From Elusimicrobiota bacterium (GTDB lineage Bacteria > Elusimicrobiota > Elusimicrobia > Elusimicrobiales > UBA9959): DNA of 19,878 nt. Each line of letters opens with the position of its first letter. Within the stretch, counting starts at the first letter, position 1. Both the position numbers and the translations under genes were made by a program. The notes under the pieces were generated by a model. It was given only the letters and a program-made list of their open reading frames with translations, was not told where the DNA came from and did no database searches. Shown here one piece after another: positions 6,428 to 15,580 of the stretch. Where the stretch lies: the NCBI GenBank assembly GCA_037137395.1, contig JBAXKK010000047.1, positions 1-19,878 on the forward strand, given 5' to 3'.

Positions 6428-6562
6428 GGGTGACGGGGGAGCTGGGTTAGCGAAACCCTCCGGACGCCGAGACTTGCATAGCGGCGAGGCGGAGGACGGG
6501 AAGTGCGGCCACGGTGTGGCCGACACTGTTTTCGCGTTCCAGTCCCCTGGCACCCGCGAACC
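6428..6562. repeat. Unrecognised structured intergenic element, short copy (135 bp)
   Basis: Shares blocks of 29/30, 25/26 and 17/17 nt with the reverse complement of 15268-15515. Its ends are complementary: GGGTGACGGGGGAGCTGG...GCGAAA / TTTCGC...CCAGTCCCCTGGCACCC. Confidence 0.85.
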
Positions 6563-6588
6563 TTTGGAGCGCTGTCCTTAAGCCTGCC

Positions 6589-7895
<1,307 letters not shown>

Positions 7896-7899
<4 letters not shown>

Positions 7900-9488
7900 A
7901 TGTTGTTTTTTTTGTTTTTCAGGAATTTTGAGAACCAGCCGGTCTGTCCGGGGGTTTTTTTTATTTCCTCGCGCGGCTGGCCGTGGTCTCTCTGGGGCGC
8001 TCTGGTTCCGCCGCGCCGGGAATCATGCCGGTTGTGGCTGGGAGCCTCGCCTTCAAAATAGGCGGACTGGCTCACGCGGCCTCTTGAGTCGCCGGAAGCC
8101 GGGCGGTGCGGAGCTTTGTTTCCCGGTCCGGAGGCGTTCCTGCCGGGCCCGGGCCTGCGGCCGGGGGCCGCGTTCCCGCTGCTTCTGCCTCGCTCCGGAA
8201 AAGATTTAAAGGCGGATTTAGGCGCCGATGAGGGGCGCTGATAACCGACTCCAGGCCGGGCCGGGCGCGGCGCTGGCGTCCGCCGGCTTCCGCCGCCGGA
8301 GGGTCTGCCCTGTCCCGGCTTTATCTGGGCGCGCGCGGGGCCGTGAAAGCTGGCCGGCGGCATATCGGGGTGGGTTATTATCGGCAGCGGCATGCGTATC
8401 AGTTTTTCTATGCTGCGGACTTCGTTGGCCTGGTCGGGGGCCGCGAATGAAACGGCTCTTCCCGATTTTCCGGCCCGCCCGGTGCGGCCGATGCGGTGGA
8501 TGTAATTGTTTTCGTCGTCGGGCAGATCGTAGTTGATAACCAGTTCTATGCCGGTAACATCTATGCCTCGGGCGGCGATGTCGGTTGCCACCAGGATGCG
8601 GTACTTGCCTGACTTAAATCCGTCCAGGGCTTCGCGGCGTTGGCTAAGCGAGCGGTTGGAATGTATCTCGGCGGCGTTGTGCCCCATCTCGCGGATGAGG
8701 ACGGCTATCTTGCGGGCGTTATGCTTGGTCCGTACGAAGAGCAGTACGCTTCCGCCGTAGGTCTGAAGAAGCTTATTAAGCAGGTCGGGCTTAGCCGCGC
8801 GGTTGACCACATAAAGTTGCTGTTCCACTTTTTCGGCTACGGTGCCCTGCGTCGCCACTTCCACGCGCGTGGGCAAGCGCATATGATGGCCGGCCAGCTT
8901 CATTATTTCGTCGGGCATGGTGGCCGAGAAAAGCATGGTCTGGCGGTCCTTCGGGACGGAACGCAATATGCGCTCTATCTGCGGGGCGAAGCCCATATCA
9001 AACATCCGGTCGGCTTCATCCAGCACGATAACTTTAACATCACTTAGCTTGACCGTGCCTTGGTTCAGGTGGTCCTGCAGGCGGCCGGGAGTGGCGATGA
9101 TAATGCGCGGATTGCGGTGCAGTTCCCGTATCTGGGAACTTATGCTTTCTCCGCCGATGATCACGCAGCCGCTTATTCCCATCATTGGGGCGAACTGCCG
9201 GAAAACCTCGCTGACCTGCAGCGCAAGTTCGCGTGTGGGAGTCAGAACAAGGCCTTTGCCCGGGATCGCGGCGAGCCGCTGTATCATGGGGATGGCGAAG
9301 GCTATGGTTTTGCCTGTTCCGGTCTGGGCTATGCCGACCAGATCTTTGCCTTCTACTGCGTGGGGTATTGCCTGACGCTGTATGGGCGTAGGGGTCTCGA
9401 ATTTTAGTGCGTCTAAAGCTGAGAGGAGTTTGGGAGCGATACCGAGGCCATAAAAGCCAGCGGTCGCCGGCTGTTCTTTATTTGTCAT
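7896..9488 (-). CDS. DEAD-box ATP-dependent RNA helicase (RhlE-like), paralog 1, with a long Arg/Gly/Pro-rich disordered C-tail
   Basis: Same complete motif set as paralog 2. Start moved from TTG 9533, which lies in the heptamer repeat, to ATG 9488 (MTNKEQPATAGFYGLG); 530 aa. Confidence 0.93.
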
Positions 9489-9531
9489 TATGACTATTAT
9501 CCCATATTTGAGAGGGAAAAGACAGGGCGAC

Positions 9532-9721
9532 AACGGGAAGCGTAAAGCGTGAGCCGGAAAGCGGGAAGCGTAAAGCGGAAAGAGTAAAACATGAAATATC
9601 GAGGAGCAAGGATTTACTGCTTACTGTTTACGCTTCCCGTTTCCCGGTCTTCCGTTTCACGGCTTTACGCTTTCCGCTTTACGCTTCCCGTTTTCCGGCC
9701 TTACGTTTCCCGTTTTCCGAT
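9532..9721. repeat. Inverted heptamer-repeat array (AGCGTAA/AGCGGAA-type x9 versus TTACGCT/TCCCGTT-type x~15)
   Basis: Left arm 9532-9594, right arm 9614-9721. Perfect 21-bp inverted pair CGGGAAGCGTAAAGCGGAAAG (9562-9582) / CTTTCCGCTTTACGCTTCCCG (9670-9690). Confidence 0.88.
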
Positions 9722-11143
9722 TTATTCCAGATCGAAACTCTGGCCGAAATCTGGGAGGACGGTATTGTTTATCCCCTCCGCTTTAAGGGTTTGGGCGAAA
9801 GCGGCGCGGTCGGCTATGTCGCCGTGCACCAGAAAGATATTTTTCGGAGGGCGGCTAAGACCTTTTACGAAGGCGACAAGATCGTTCTTGTCGGCGTGCG
9901 AAGAAAAGAAATGCATGGTCTCCACTCTGGCGGCTACGTCGTGTTCAAGTCCGAAGATCTTTACCTTATTCGCGCCGTCCTGAAGACGGCGGCCCAGTGT
10001 GCCGGCGGCCTGATAGCCTACGATTAAGATGGTGGTGTTTTCTTTGTCTATATTGTTGCGCAGATGGTGGAGCACCCGGCCGCCTTCGCACATGCCTGAA
10101 GCTGAAATAATTATCATGGGTCCGTCGGTCTCGTTTAGCGCCTGCGATTCCTCTTTTGTGCGGACATAATTAATGTAGTCAAAGCCGAACGGGTCCTTAT
10201 CCATTTTCGCGTACTCTTTAAATCGCTCGTCGAAGGAGAATGAATCTTTATACTTATTAAAAAGTTCCGTGATGCTCAGCGTCATGGGGCTGTCAACGTA
10301 AACCGGGATATCCAGCGCGGCGCCGGAGCGGCGCATTTTATCCAGGATCAGAATTATTTCCTGAGCCCTTTCCAGCGCGAAGCTGGGGATGATTATCTTG
10401 CCCTTTTCGGCGACGGCGCGCTTTATGATGGCCTCCAATTTCACTTCGGCGTCATCCACGGGATCGTGGTTGCGGTCGCCGTAGGTGGTTTCCATTATCA
10501 GGTAATCCACGTCGCGCGGTATCTCAGGGCTGCGCATCAGAATTGAAGCCCGGCGGCCCAGGTCTCCGGTATAAAGCAGGCGGCGCCTTTCGCCTCCGAC
10601 CGGAACGGAGATCTGAACCATGGCTGAACCCAGGACGTGTCCCGCGTTCAGAAACTTGGCGGAAACCGCTCCCCCCGCGAGATGAGCCTCGGCGCCGAAA
10701 TCGCAGGCCTTGAATTTTGTAAGCGTCAATCTGGCGTCGTCCTCGTTGTAGAGGGGCTCTATGCGCATTCCGGAGGACAGATGGACCTTGTTGAAGAATT
10801 TCGCGTCGGCCACCTGCAGACGCGCTGAGTCCATCAGCATTATGGAGGCCAGCTCTTTGGTCGCGCCGGTGCAATAAATACTCGCCTTCAGGCCTTTTTT
10901 GACAAGCAACGGCAGCCCACCCGAGTGGTCAATGTGCGCGTGCGAAAGCAGGACGGCGTCCAGCTCGGCGGGACGCATCGGTAAAGATCTGTTTTTTTCC
11001 ACGGATTCCTGACGGTGGCCCTGGAACATGCCGCAGTCCAGCAGGATCTTTTTGCCGTTAGCCTCAAGGAGATGTCTTGAGCCAGTGACCTCTCCCGCCG
11101 CTCCGAAAAAGCTTATTGTTGTTTTGCCGCTAGTTTCCGCCAT
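9722..11143 (-). CDS. Metallo-beta-lactamase fold beta-CASP ribonuclease (YSH1/CPSF73-like bacterial family)
   Basis: GAAGEVTGS, LLDCGMFQG, LSHAHIDHSG, AGHVLG, YTGDLG, METTYG, PSFALERAQE, SASGMCEGGR, GYQAAGTLG, FSSHAD, VHG; GGAGG ribosome-binding site upstream. Confidence 0.93.
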   Translation of the reverse strand: MAETSGKTTISFFGAAGEVTGSRHLLEANGKKILLDCGMFQGHRQESVEKNRSLPMRPAELDAVLLSHAHIDHSGGLPLLVKKGLKASIYCTGATKELASIMLMDSARLQVADAKFFNKVHLSSGMRIEPLYNEDDARLTLTKFKACDFGAEAHLAGGAVSAKFLNAGHVLGSAMVQISVPVGGERRRLLYTGDLGRRASILMRSPEIPRDVDYLIMETTYGDRNHDPVDDAEVKLEAIIKRAVAEKGKIIIPSFALERAQEIILILDKMRRSGAALDIPVYVDSPMTLSITELFNKYKDSFSFDERFKEYAKMDKDPFGFDYINYVRTKEESQALNETDGPMIIISASGMCEGGRVLHHLRNNIDKENTTILIVGYQAAGTLGRRLQDGANKVKIFGLEHDVAARVETMHFFSSHADKNDLVAFVKGLSRPPKNIFLVHGDIADRAAFAQTLKAEGINNTVLPDFGQSFDLE

Positions 11144-11163
11144 AGTGTTCCTCCGTAAGAATA

Positions 11164-11204
11164 AGGGGACAGGGTTTAGGGTACAGGGTATAGGGTTAGG
11201 GTTT
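11164..11204. repeat. Heptamer tandem repeat (AGGGTNN-type x6)
   Basis: AGGGGAC AGGGTTT AGGGTAC AGGGTAT AGGGTT AGGGTTT; overlaps the GNAT stop codon. Confidence 0.8.
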
Positions 11205-11669
11205 ATAACCTGTTGTTGGGCCGATAGTTTTGCGCAACAGGAGTTCGTCGTGGCCTTTTACGATAAAATCCTTCAGCGTTCCTGTTTTGCTGTAGCCCAG
11301 CCGCTTATAAAGGCGACGCGCGCCCTTATTAAATGACGACACGCACATAAAAACATTCGGGCTTTCCCTGAAGATACGCTTCTCCGCGAAGCGCACCATC
11401 TTTGTGCCGACGCCCAGCCCGCGCGCCTCAGGGGCCACGCAGACCGTCTTGATGTAGCCTTTAAGGGTGCCTGTCATTTCAAGGATTATAAATCCCAGAA
11501 TATTGTCGGCCGCCCTGGCGGCGTACACTTCGCGCATAGGCGACCTTACGGCCTTGAGGCAGGTTTTATAATCGCGCCCCAGAGTTATCCAGGGCTCGGT
11601 GCAGCACATTAATTGGGCGCAGGAGTGGAAATCCGCCGGATCCTTTGTCAGTTTTATGGTCAGCGTCAC
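11196..11669 (-). CDS. GNAT-family N-acetyltransferase
   Basis: Motif A VCVAPEARGLGVGTKM and motif B VSSFNKGARRLYKRLGY; GTG start overlaps the pgm stop (GTGA). Confidence 0.9.
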   Translation of the reverse strand: MTLTIKLTKDPADFHSCAQLMCCTEPWITLGRDYKTCLKAVRSPMREVYAARAADNILGFIILEMTGTLKGYIKTVCVAPEARGLGVGTKMVRFAEKRIFRESPNVFMCVSSFNKGARRLYKRLGYSKTGTLKDFIVKGHDELLLRKTIGPTTGYKP

Positions 11670-13303
11670 ATTAATCCGTTTATCATTTCTTCGGCGTCAG
11701 CGAAGACGCGCTTGAGGTGGTCCGCGCTTTTGAAACTTTCGGCGTAAAGCTTATAGACATCCTCCGTGCCCGACGGCCTGGCTGCGAACCAGCCGCCGCG
11801 CGACATCACTTTTACCCCCCCGATGGGAGCGTTGTTGGAGGGCGCGGCGGTCATAATAGTTTCTATTTTCTCTCCGGCCAGTTCCTTGAAAGGCACTTGT
11901 TCCGGGGTAAGCCGCTTGAGGAGGCCTTTAAGAGCCGGCGTGGCCGGGGCGTCGTGGCGTTCGTAATAATAAGTCCCGAACTCGCGCTCGAACTCCTTGT
12001 AAACTTCGGAAGGATCTTTGCCCAGGCGGGCGGTAATCTCGGCGGAAAGCAGCGATAATATGATCGCGTCTTTGTCAGTGCTCCAGGGCCCGCCGTCAAA
12101 GCGCAGGAAAGAGGCTCCGGCGCTTTCCTCTCCACCGAAGCCGAAGCTTCCGTCCAGCAGGCCGTCCACGAACCACTTGAAGCCGACTGGCACTTCGCGC
12201 AGCTGGCGGCCCAGTTTTGCTGTTACCCGGTCTATCATGGAGCTTGAAACCACGGTCTTGCCCACGGCCGCGCCGGGAAGCCACTTGGGGCGGTTCTGGA
12301 ACAGGTAGAAAATGGCCGCGCAAAGATAATGGTTCGGCGGCAGAAGTCCGGCGCCGCGCGTCACGATGCCGTGGCGGTCGTAATCGGTGTCGCAACCGAA
12401 CGCGACATCAAAGCGGTCTTTGAGGCCTATCAGACGCTTCATGGCGTAGGGCGAGGACGGGTCCATGCGTATCTTGCCGTCCCAATCGGCCGTCATAAAT
12501 TTAAAGGTCGGGTCAACCTCCTCGCTGACGATAGTCAGGTCCAGACCATAGCGCTCGGCTATCGGCGCCCAGTACTTTACGCCGGCTCCGCCAAGGGGGT
12601 CCACGCCAAGCTTTAGGCCCGCGCCGCGTATGGCGTCCATATCTATGACATCCGCGAGGCCGCGTATGTAGGTGCCCTGATAATCGTAGCGGTGAGTGGT
12701 GGCCGCTCGCAGGGCTTTCACCAGGGACAGCCGCCGGACGCCGGTAAGATTTTTCTCAAGGAGGTCGTTGGCGAGGGCCTGGATGCGGGCGGTGACTTCG
12801 GGTTCCGCGGGGCCGCCGTGAGTGGGGTTATATTTAAAGCCCCCGTCGGAGGGAGGGTTATGCGAAGGCGTTATCAGTATCCCGTCGGCAAGGCCGGTCC
12901 TGCGGCCGCGGTTGTGGGATAGTATGGCGTGAGAGACCGCGGGCGTCGGGGTGTATTCCCCCTTTTCCGGGACCATCGTCTCAACTCCGTTGGCCGCCAG
13001 CACTTCCAGGGCGCTCTCGAAGGCCGGCCCGGAAAGGGCGTGCGTGTCCATGCCGATAAACAGCGGCCCGTCAATTTTTTCCTCAAGCCGGTAAAGGCAG
13101 ATGGCCTGGGTGACGGCCAGGATATGGCGCTCGTTAAAGGAGCGGCTCAGCGAAGTGCCGCGATGCCCGGATGTGCCGAAAGATATCCTCTGGGACGGGA
13201 CCGACGGGTCCGGAACTTCGGTGTAGTAGGCCGAGAGAAGCTTTGGAATATCCGTCAGCATTTCGGCCGGCAGGGTTTTTCCCGCAAAAGAGCTTATGGT
13301 CAT
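11666..13303 (-). CDS. pgm: Phosphoglucomutase (alpha-D-glucose-1,6-bisphosphate-dependent)
   Basis: FGTSGHRG, catalytic TPSHNP, metal loop DTDYDR, GEESAG, RPSGTE. Start set at ATG 13303 (MTISSFAGK; 545 aa) because the longer ORF overlaps the kinase gene. Confidence 0.95.
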   Translation of the reverse strand: MTISSFAGKTLPAEMLTDIPKLLSAYYTEVPDPSVPSQRISFGTSGHRGTSLSRSFNERHILAVTQAICLYRLEEKIDGPLFIGMDTHALSGPAFESALEVLAANGVETMVPEKGEYTPTPAVSHAILSHNRGRRTGLADGILITPSHNPPSDGGFKYNPTHGGPAEPEVTARIQALANDLLEKNLTGVRRLSLVKALRAATTHRYDYQGTYIRGLADVIDMDAIRGAGLKLGVDPLGGAGVKYWAPIAERYGLDLTIVSEEVDPTFKFMTADWDGKIRMDPSSPYAMKRLIGLKDRFDVAFGCDTDYDRHGIVTRGAGLLPPNHYLCAAIFYLFQNRPKWLPGAAVGKTVVSSSMIDRVTAKLGRQLREVPVGFKWFVDGLLDGSFGFGGEESAGASFLRFDGGPWSTDKDAIILSLLSAEITARLGKDPSEVYKEFEREFGTYYYERHDAPATPALKGLLKRLTPEQVPFKELAGEKIETIMTAAPSNNAPIGGVKVMSRGGWFAARPSGTEDVYKLYAESFKSADHLKRVFADAEEMINGLM

Positions 13304-13304
13304 A

Positions 13305-15128
13305 TTATATTCCCAACAGTTTACGCCACCAGGCTTTTTCTTCTTCTGGTTTAGCGACGGGCTGTTCCGAAGTCTGGTGTCCAGTCTGACTACGGTACAC
13401 GGGCAGGTACACCCGGAAGACGGCTCCCTGGCCCGGTTCGCTTTCAACCACGATCCGGCCTCCCTGCATTACCACCATGGCTTTTGTGATGGCGAGCCCC
13501 AGGCCGGTGCCGCCGGCTTTTTCGCCGCTGGCCACCTGTATGAATTTTTCAAATATTTTTTCCTGATCCTCTTTCTTTATGCCGCAGCCGGTGTCCTTTA
13601 CCGAGAATAAAATAAAGTTGGCGTTCGCTTCCCCGCCCGATTCCGCGCTTAACTCTATGGCGCCGCCCAGCGGAGTGAATTTTATGGAATTTGAGATAAG
13701 GTTTATCATTATCTGCACGGTGCGGTGCTTGTCCGCGTAAATGCCGGTCAGATTCGGCGCCACAACGACAGTGAAACGCAGCTTCCGCGAGACGGCCCAG
13801 GCTCTCATGGCGTCCGCCGCCTCATTGATTACTTCTTCGGCGAAGACGCGTTCGGGGTGGAACACCAGCCTGCCGGCCTGCAGCTTGGAGAAATCCAGCA
13901 ATTCGGTAATCATGTAGCTCAGGCGCTCCGAGTTGCGGATGGCGGAGTTGATCATGCCCTTTGTTTCGTTCCCAAGACCGTCGTCCGTGACGACCAGGTT
14001 GAGGGCCATGTTTATGGCGGTAAGAGGTGAACGGAGCTCATGGGTGACATTGGCCATAAAATCCAGATGCAGCTGTTCCACTTGCTTTAACTTTATCGCG
14101 TCCGTGGGCACCGAAACCGATCCTACGATCTTGCCATCCTCGTTTTGTATGATGGCCGTGGCGCTCTTTATTGTTTCGCTAAGCTCCTTCCCGCCCTTTT
14201 GCTCAAGGTCTTTTGAGATATCCCTGCTGCTTTCGCTGCCTAGCTCTTTAGCAATTGATATAACGTGGTTCTCAAGCGGGGTAATGTCAAAAATCTTCTT
14301 GCCTGACATCTCGGAGAGCGCTTTTCCCGAAATAGTCTCAGCCTGCGGGTTCATCATTAAAACCCTGCCCTCCCTGTCAACAACTACGACGCCCTCGGCG
14401 ATGCCTGAAATTACTGACTCGGTGCGGGTTATGTCGTTTTCAACTTTCTTCTTCTGCAGCCGTACTCCCTCAACGGCTTTGGAAACAATGGCTGTCATTT
14501 CGTCTTTAATTTTTTCAGCCAGCAGGCCGGTCACTTCCCGCTGCTCCCCGGCGTCTGAGGTTGCCCTGGCCGCCAGTTCTGATAGCGCCGCGTCAAGGTT
14601 CTTTCCGGAGAGCGTTTTTACCAGCGGTTCCAGCGGCGGGCTATCTGCCGCGCCGACTGGCGGGTTCCCCGCGGCTTCTCCGCCCTGCGCGGGCGCCTTA
14701 CCCACCTTTGCGTATACCGTAAGGCTGACGGAAACTTTGTCAACCCCGTGCTCTTTGAGATAGGCGTCGGCCTCGCCCTTATGGGTCTGCATCTGGCAAA
14801 GAGCGAGCAGATCTTCCCGCGAGGCGCCGCTTAAGAACGAGAGCGTCTGGATGTGAAATTTAGAAAAAAAGTTTTTAAGCGCGTTGGGCAGTTTGTCGGC
14901 GGCTAAAAGCGGAGAGCCGTTGACAAGAAGCTTGTGGTCGGCGAGGGTGAGAAAAAATTCTCCGTTGGGTGAAGCGGCGGATATCGCGGTAAGCAGTTCC
15001 CGGCCTTCTTCCAGGGCCTCAAGAACCTGCGGATGCTCCGGAGTGTACAGATTTATCTGCACCAAAGCCCTTGTGAATGTTTTGATGAAATCCAGCCAAA
15101 GCTGTTTTTCGTCGGTAGTTTCCGCCAT
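13305..15128 (-). CDS. Cytoplasmic PAS-domain sensor histidine kinase
   Basis: PAS region (IAEGVVVVDREGRVLMMNPQAE), H-box FMANVTHELRSPL, N-box INLISNSIKFT, G1 DTGCGI, F-box IFEKF, G2 GTGLGL. No obvious transmembrane helix; the N-terminal ~230 aa are uncharacterised. Confidence 0.93.
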   Translation of the reverse strand: MAETTDEKQLWLDFIKTFTRALVQINLYTPEHPQVLEALEEGRELLTAISAASPNGEFFLTLADHKLLVNGSPLLAADKLPNALKNFFSKFHIQTLSFLSGASREDLLALCQMQTHKGEADAYLKEHGVDKVSVSLTVYAKVGKAPAQGGEAAGNPPVGAADSPPLEPLVKTLSGKNLDAALSELAARATSDAGEQREVTGLLAEKIKDEMTAIVSKAVEGVRLQKKKVENDITRTESVISGIAEGVVVVDREGRVLMMNPQAETISGKALSEMSGKKIFDITPLENHVISIAKELGSESSRDISKDLEQKGGKELSETIKSATAIIQNEDGKIVGSVSVPTDAIKLKQVEQLHLDFMANVTHELRSPLTAINMALNLVVTDDGLGNETKGMINSAIRNSERLSYMITELLDFSKLQAGRLVFHPERVFAEEVINEAADAMRAWAVSRKLRFTVVVAPNLTGIYADKHRTVQIMINLISNSIKFTPLGGAIELSAESGGEANANFILFSVKDTGCGIKKEDQEKIFEKFIQVASGEKAGGTGLGLAITKAMVVMQGGRIVVESEPGQGAVFRVYLPVYRSQTGHQTSEQPVAKPEEEKAWWRKLLGI

Positions 15129-15267
15129 ATATTGAAGATCCCCCGCTTTTTTTTCAGCCTGAAAATCCGCTGATGCCTATTGCATTTTAACTTTTCCAGC
15201 CGCGCCGCGCAATCCCGCGCCCTAAATTTGTAGCGATTTTTTAAGATGTTATGGGTAAAACCCTGCT

Positions 15268-15515
15268 GGTTCGCAGGGCCTGCCGGGGGCCTGGAACGCG
15301 AAAACAGAGTGGACTTTGCCGCAGTTTGCTTGGCTATCGGACACTGCATGCGTCGACCACACCGTGGCCGCACTTCCGGATCGGGCCCAGTGTCGCAAGG
15401 CTCCACCCACTCGGCGCGCTTATGCAAGCGCCGAGCGAAAGCAGTGTCCGTAGCAAACCTCTGGTAGCCCAGTCCACTCCGGTACGGTTTCGCTAACCCA
15501 GATCCCCCGTCACCC
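15268..15515. repeat. Unrecognised structured intergenic element, long copy (248 bp), inverted relative to 6428-6562
   Basis: Has the three conserved blocks plus extra nested stems: 15307-15315/15471-15479 (9 bp), 15324-15330/15452-15458 (7 bp), 15338-15347/15441-15450 (10 bp) and 15410-15417/15428-15435 (8 bp). Confidence 0.85.
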
Positions 15516-15580
15516 GCGCCATGCGATTTTTGTTTTAGTTTTAACTTATACTTAGCGGAGTATTGGAATGCCTAGCGCGG

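Noticed and set aside
6428..6562. Structured element as RNase P RNA, SRP RNA, 6S RNA, tmRNA, a riboswitch or a known ribozyme
   Set aside because: I find none of the diagnostic motifs (e.g. RNase P GAGGAAAGUCC, hammerhead CUGAUGA/GAAA core). Two divergent copies in opposite orientation to transcription do not fit a single-copy housekeeping RNA or a cis switch.
9591..9983. 130-aa plus-strand ORF
   Set aside because: Its N-terminus is a translation of the heptamer array (FTLPV/SRF repeats), and the rest is antisense to the beta-CASP gene.
13304..13447. 48-aa N-terminal extension of pgm in the ORF track
   Set aside because: It overlaps the kinase C-terminus in another frame; Pgm similarity begins at Met 13303.
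15053..15496. Small ORFs 15053-15427, 15246-15467 and 15251-15496 (also 6371-6553)
   Set aside because: They run through the structured repeat element, and the reading frames are not conserved between its two copies.
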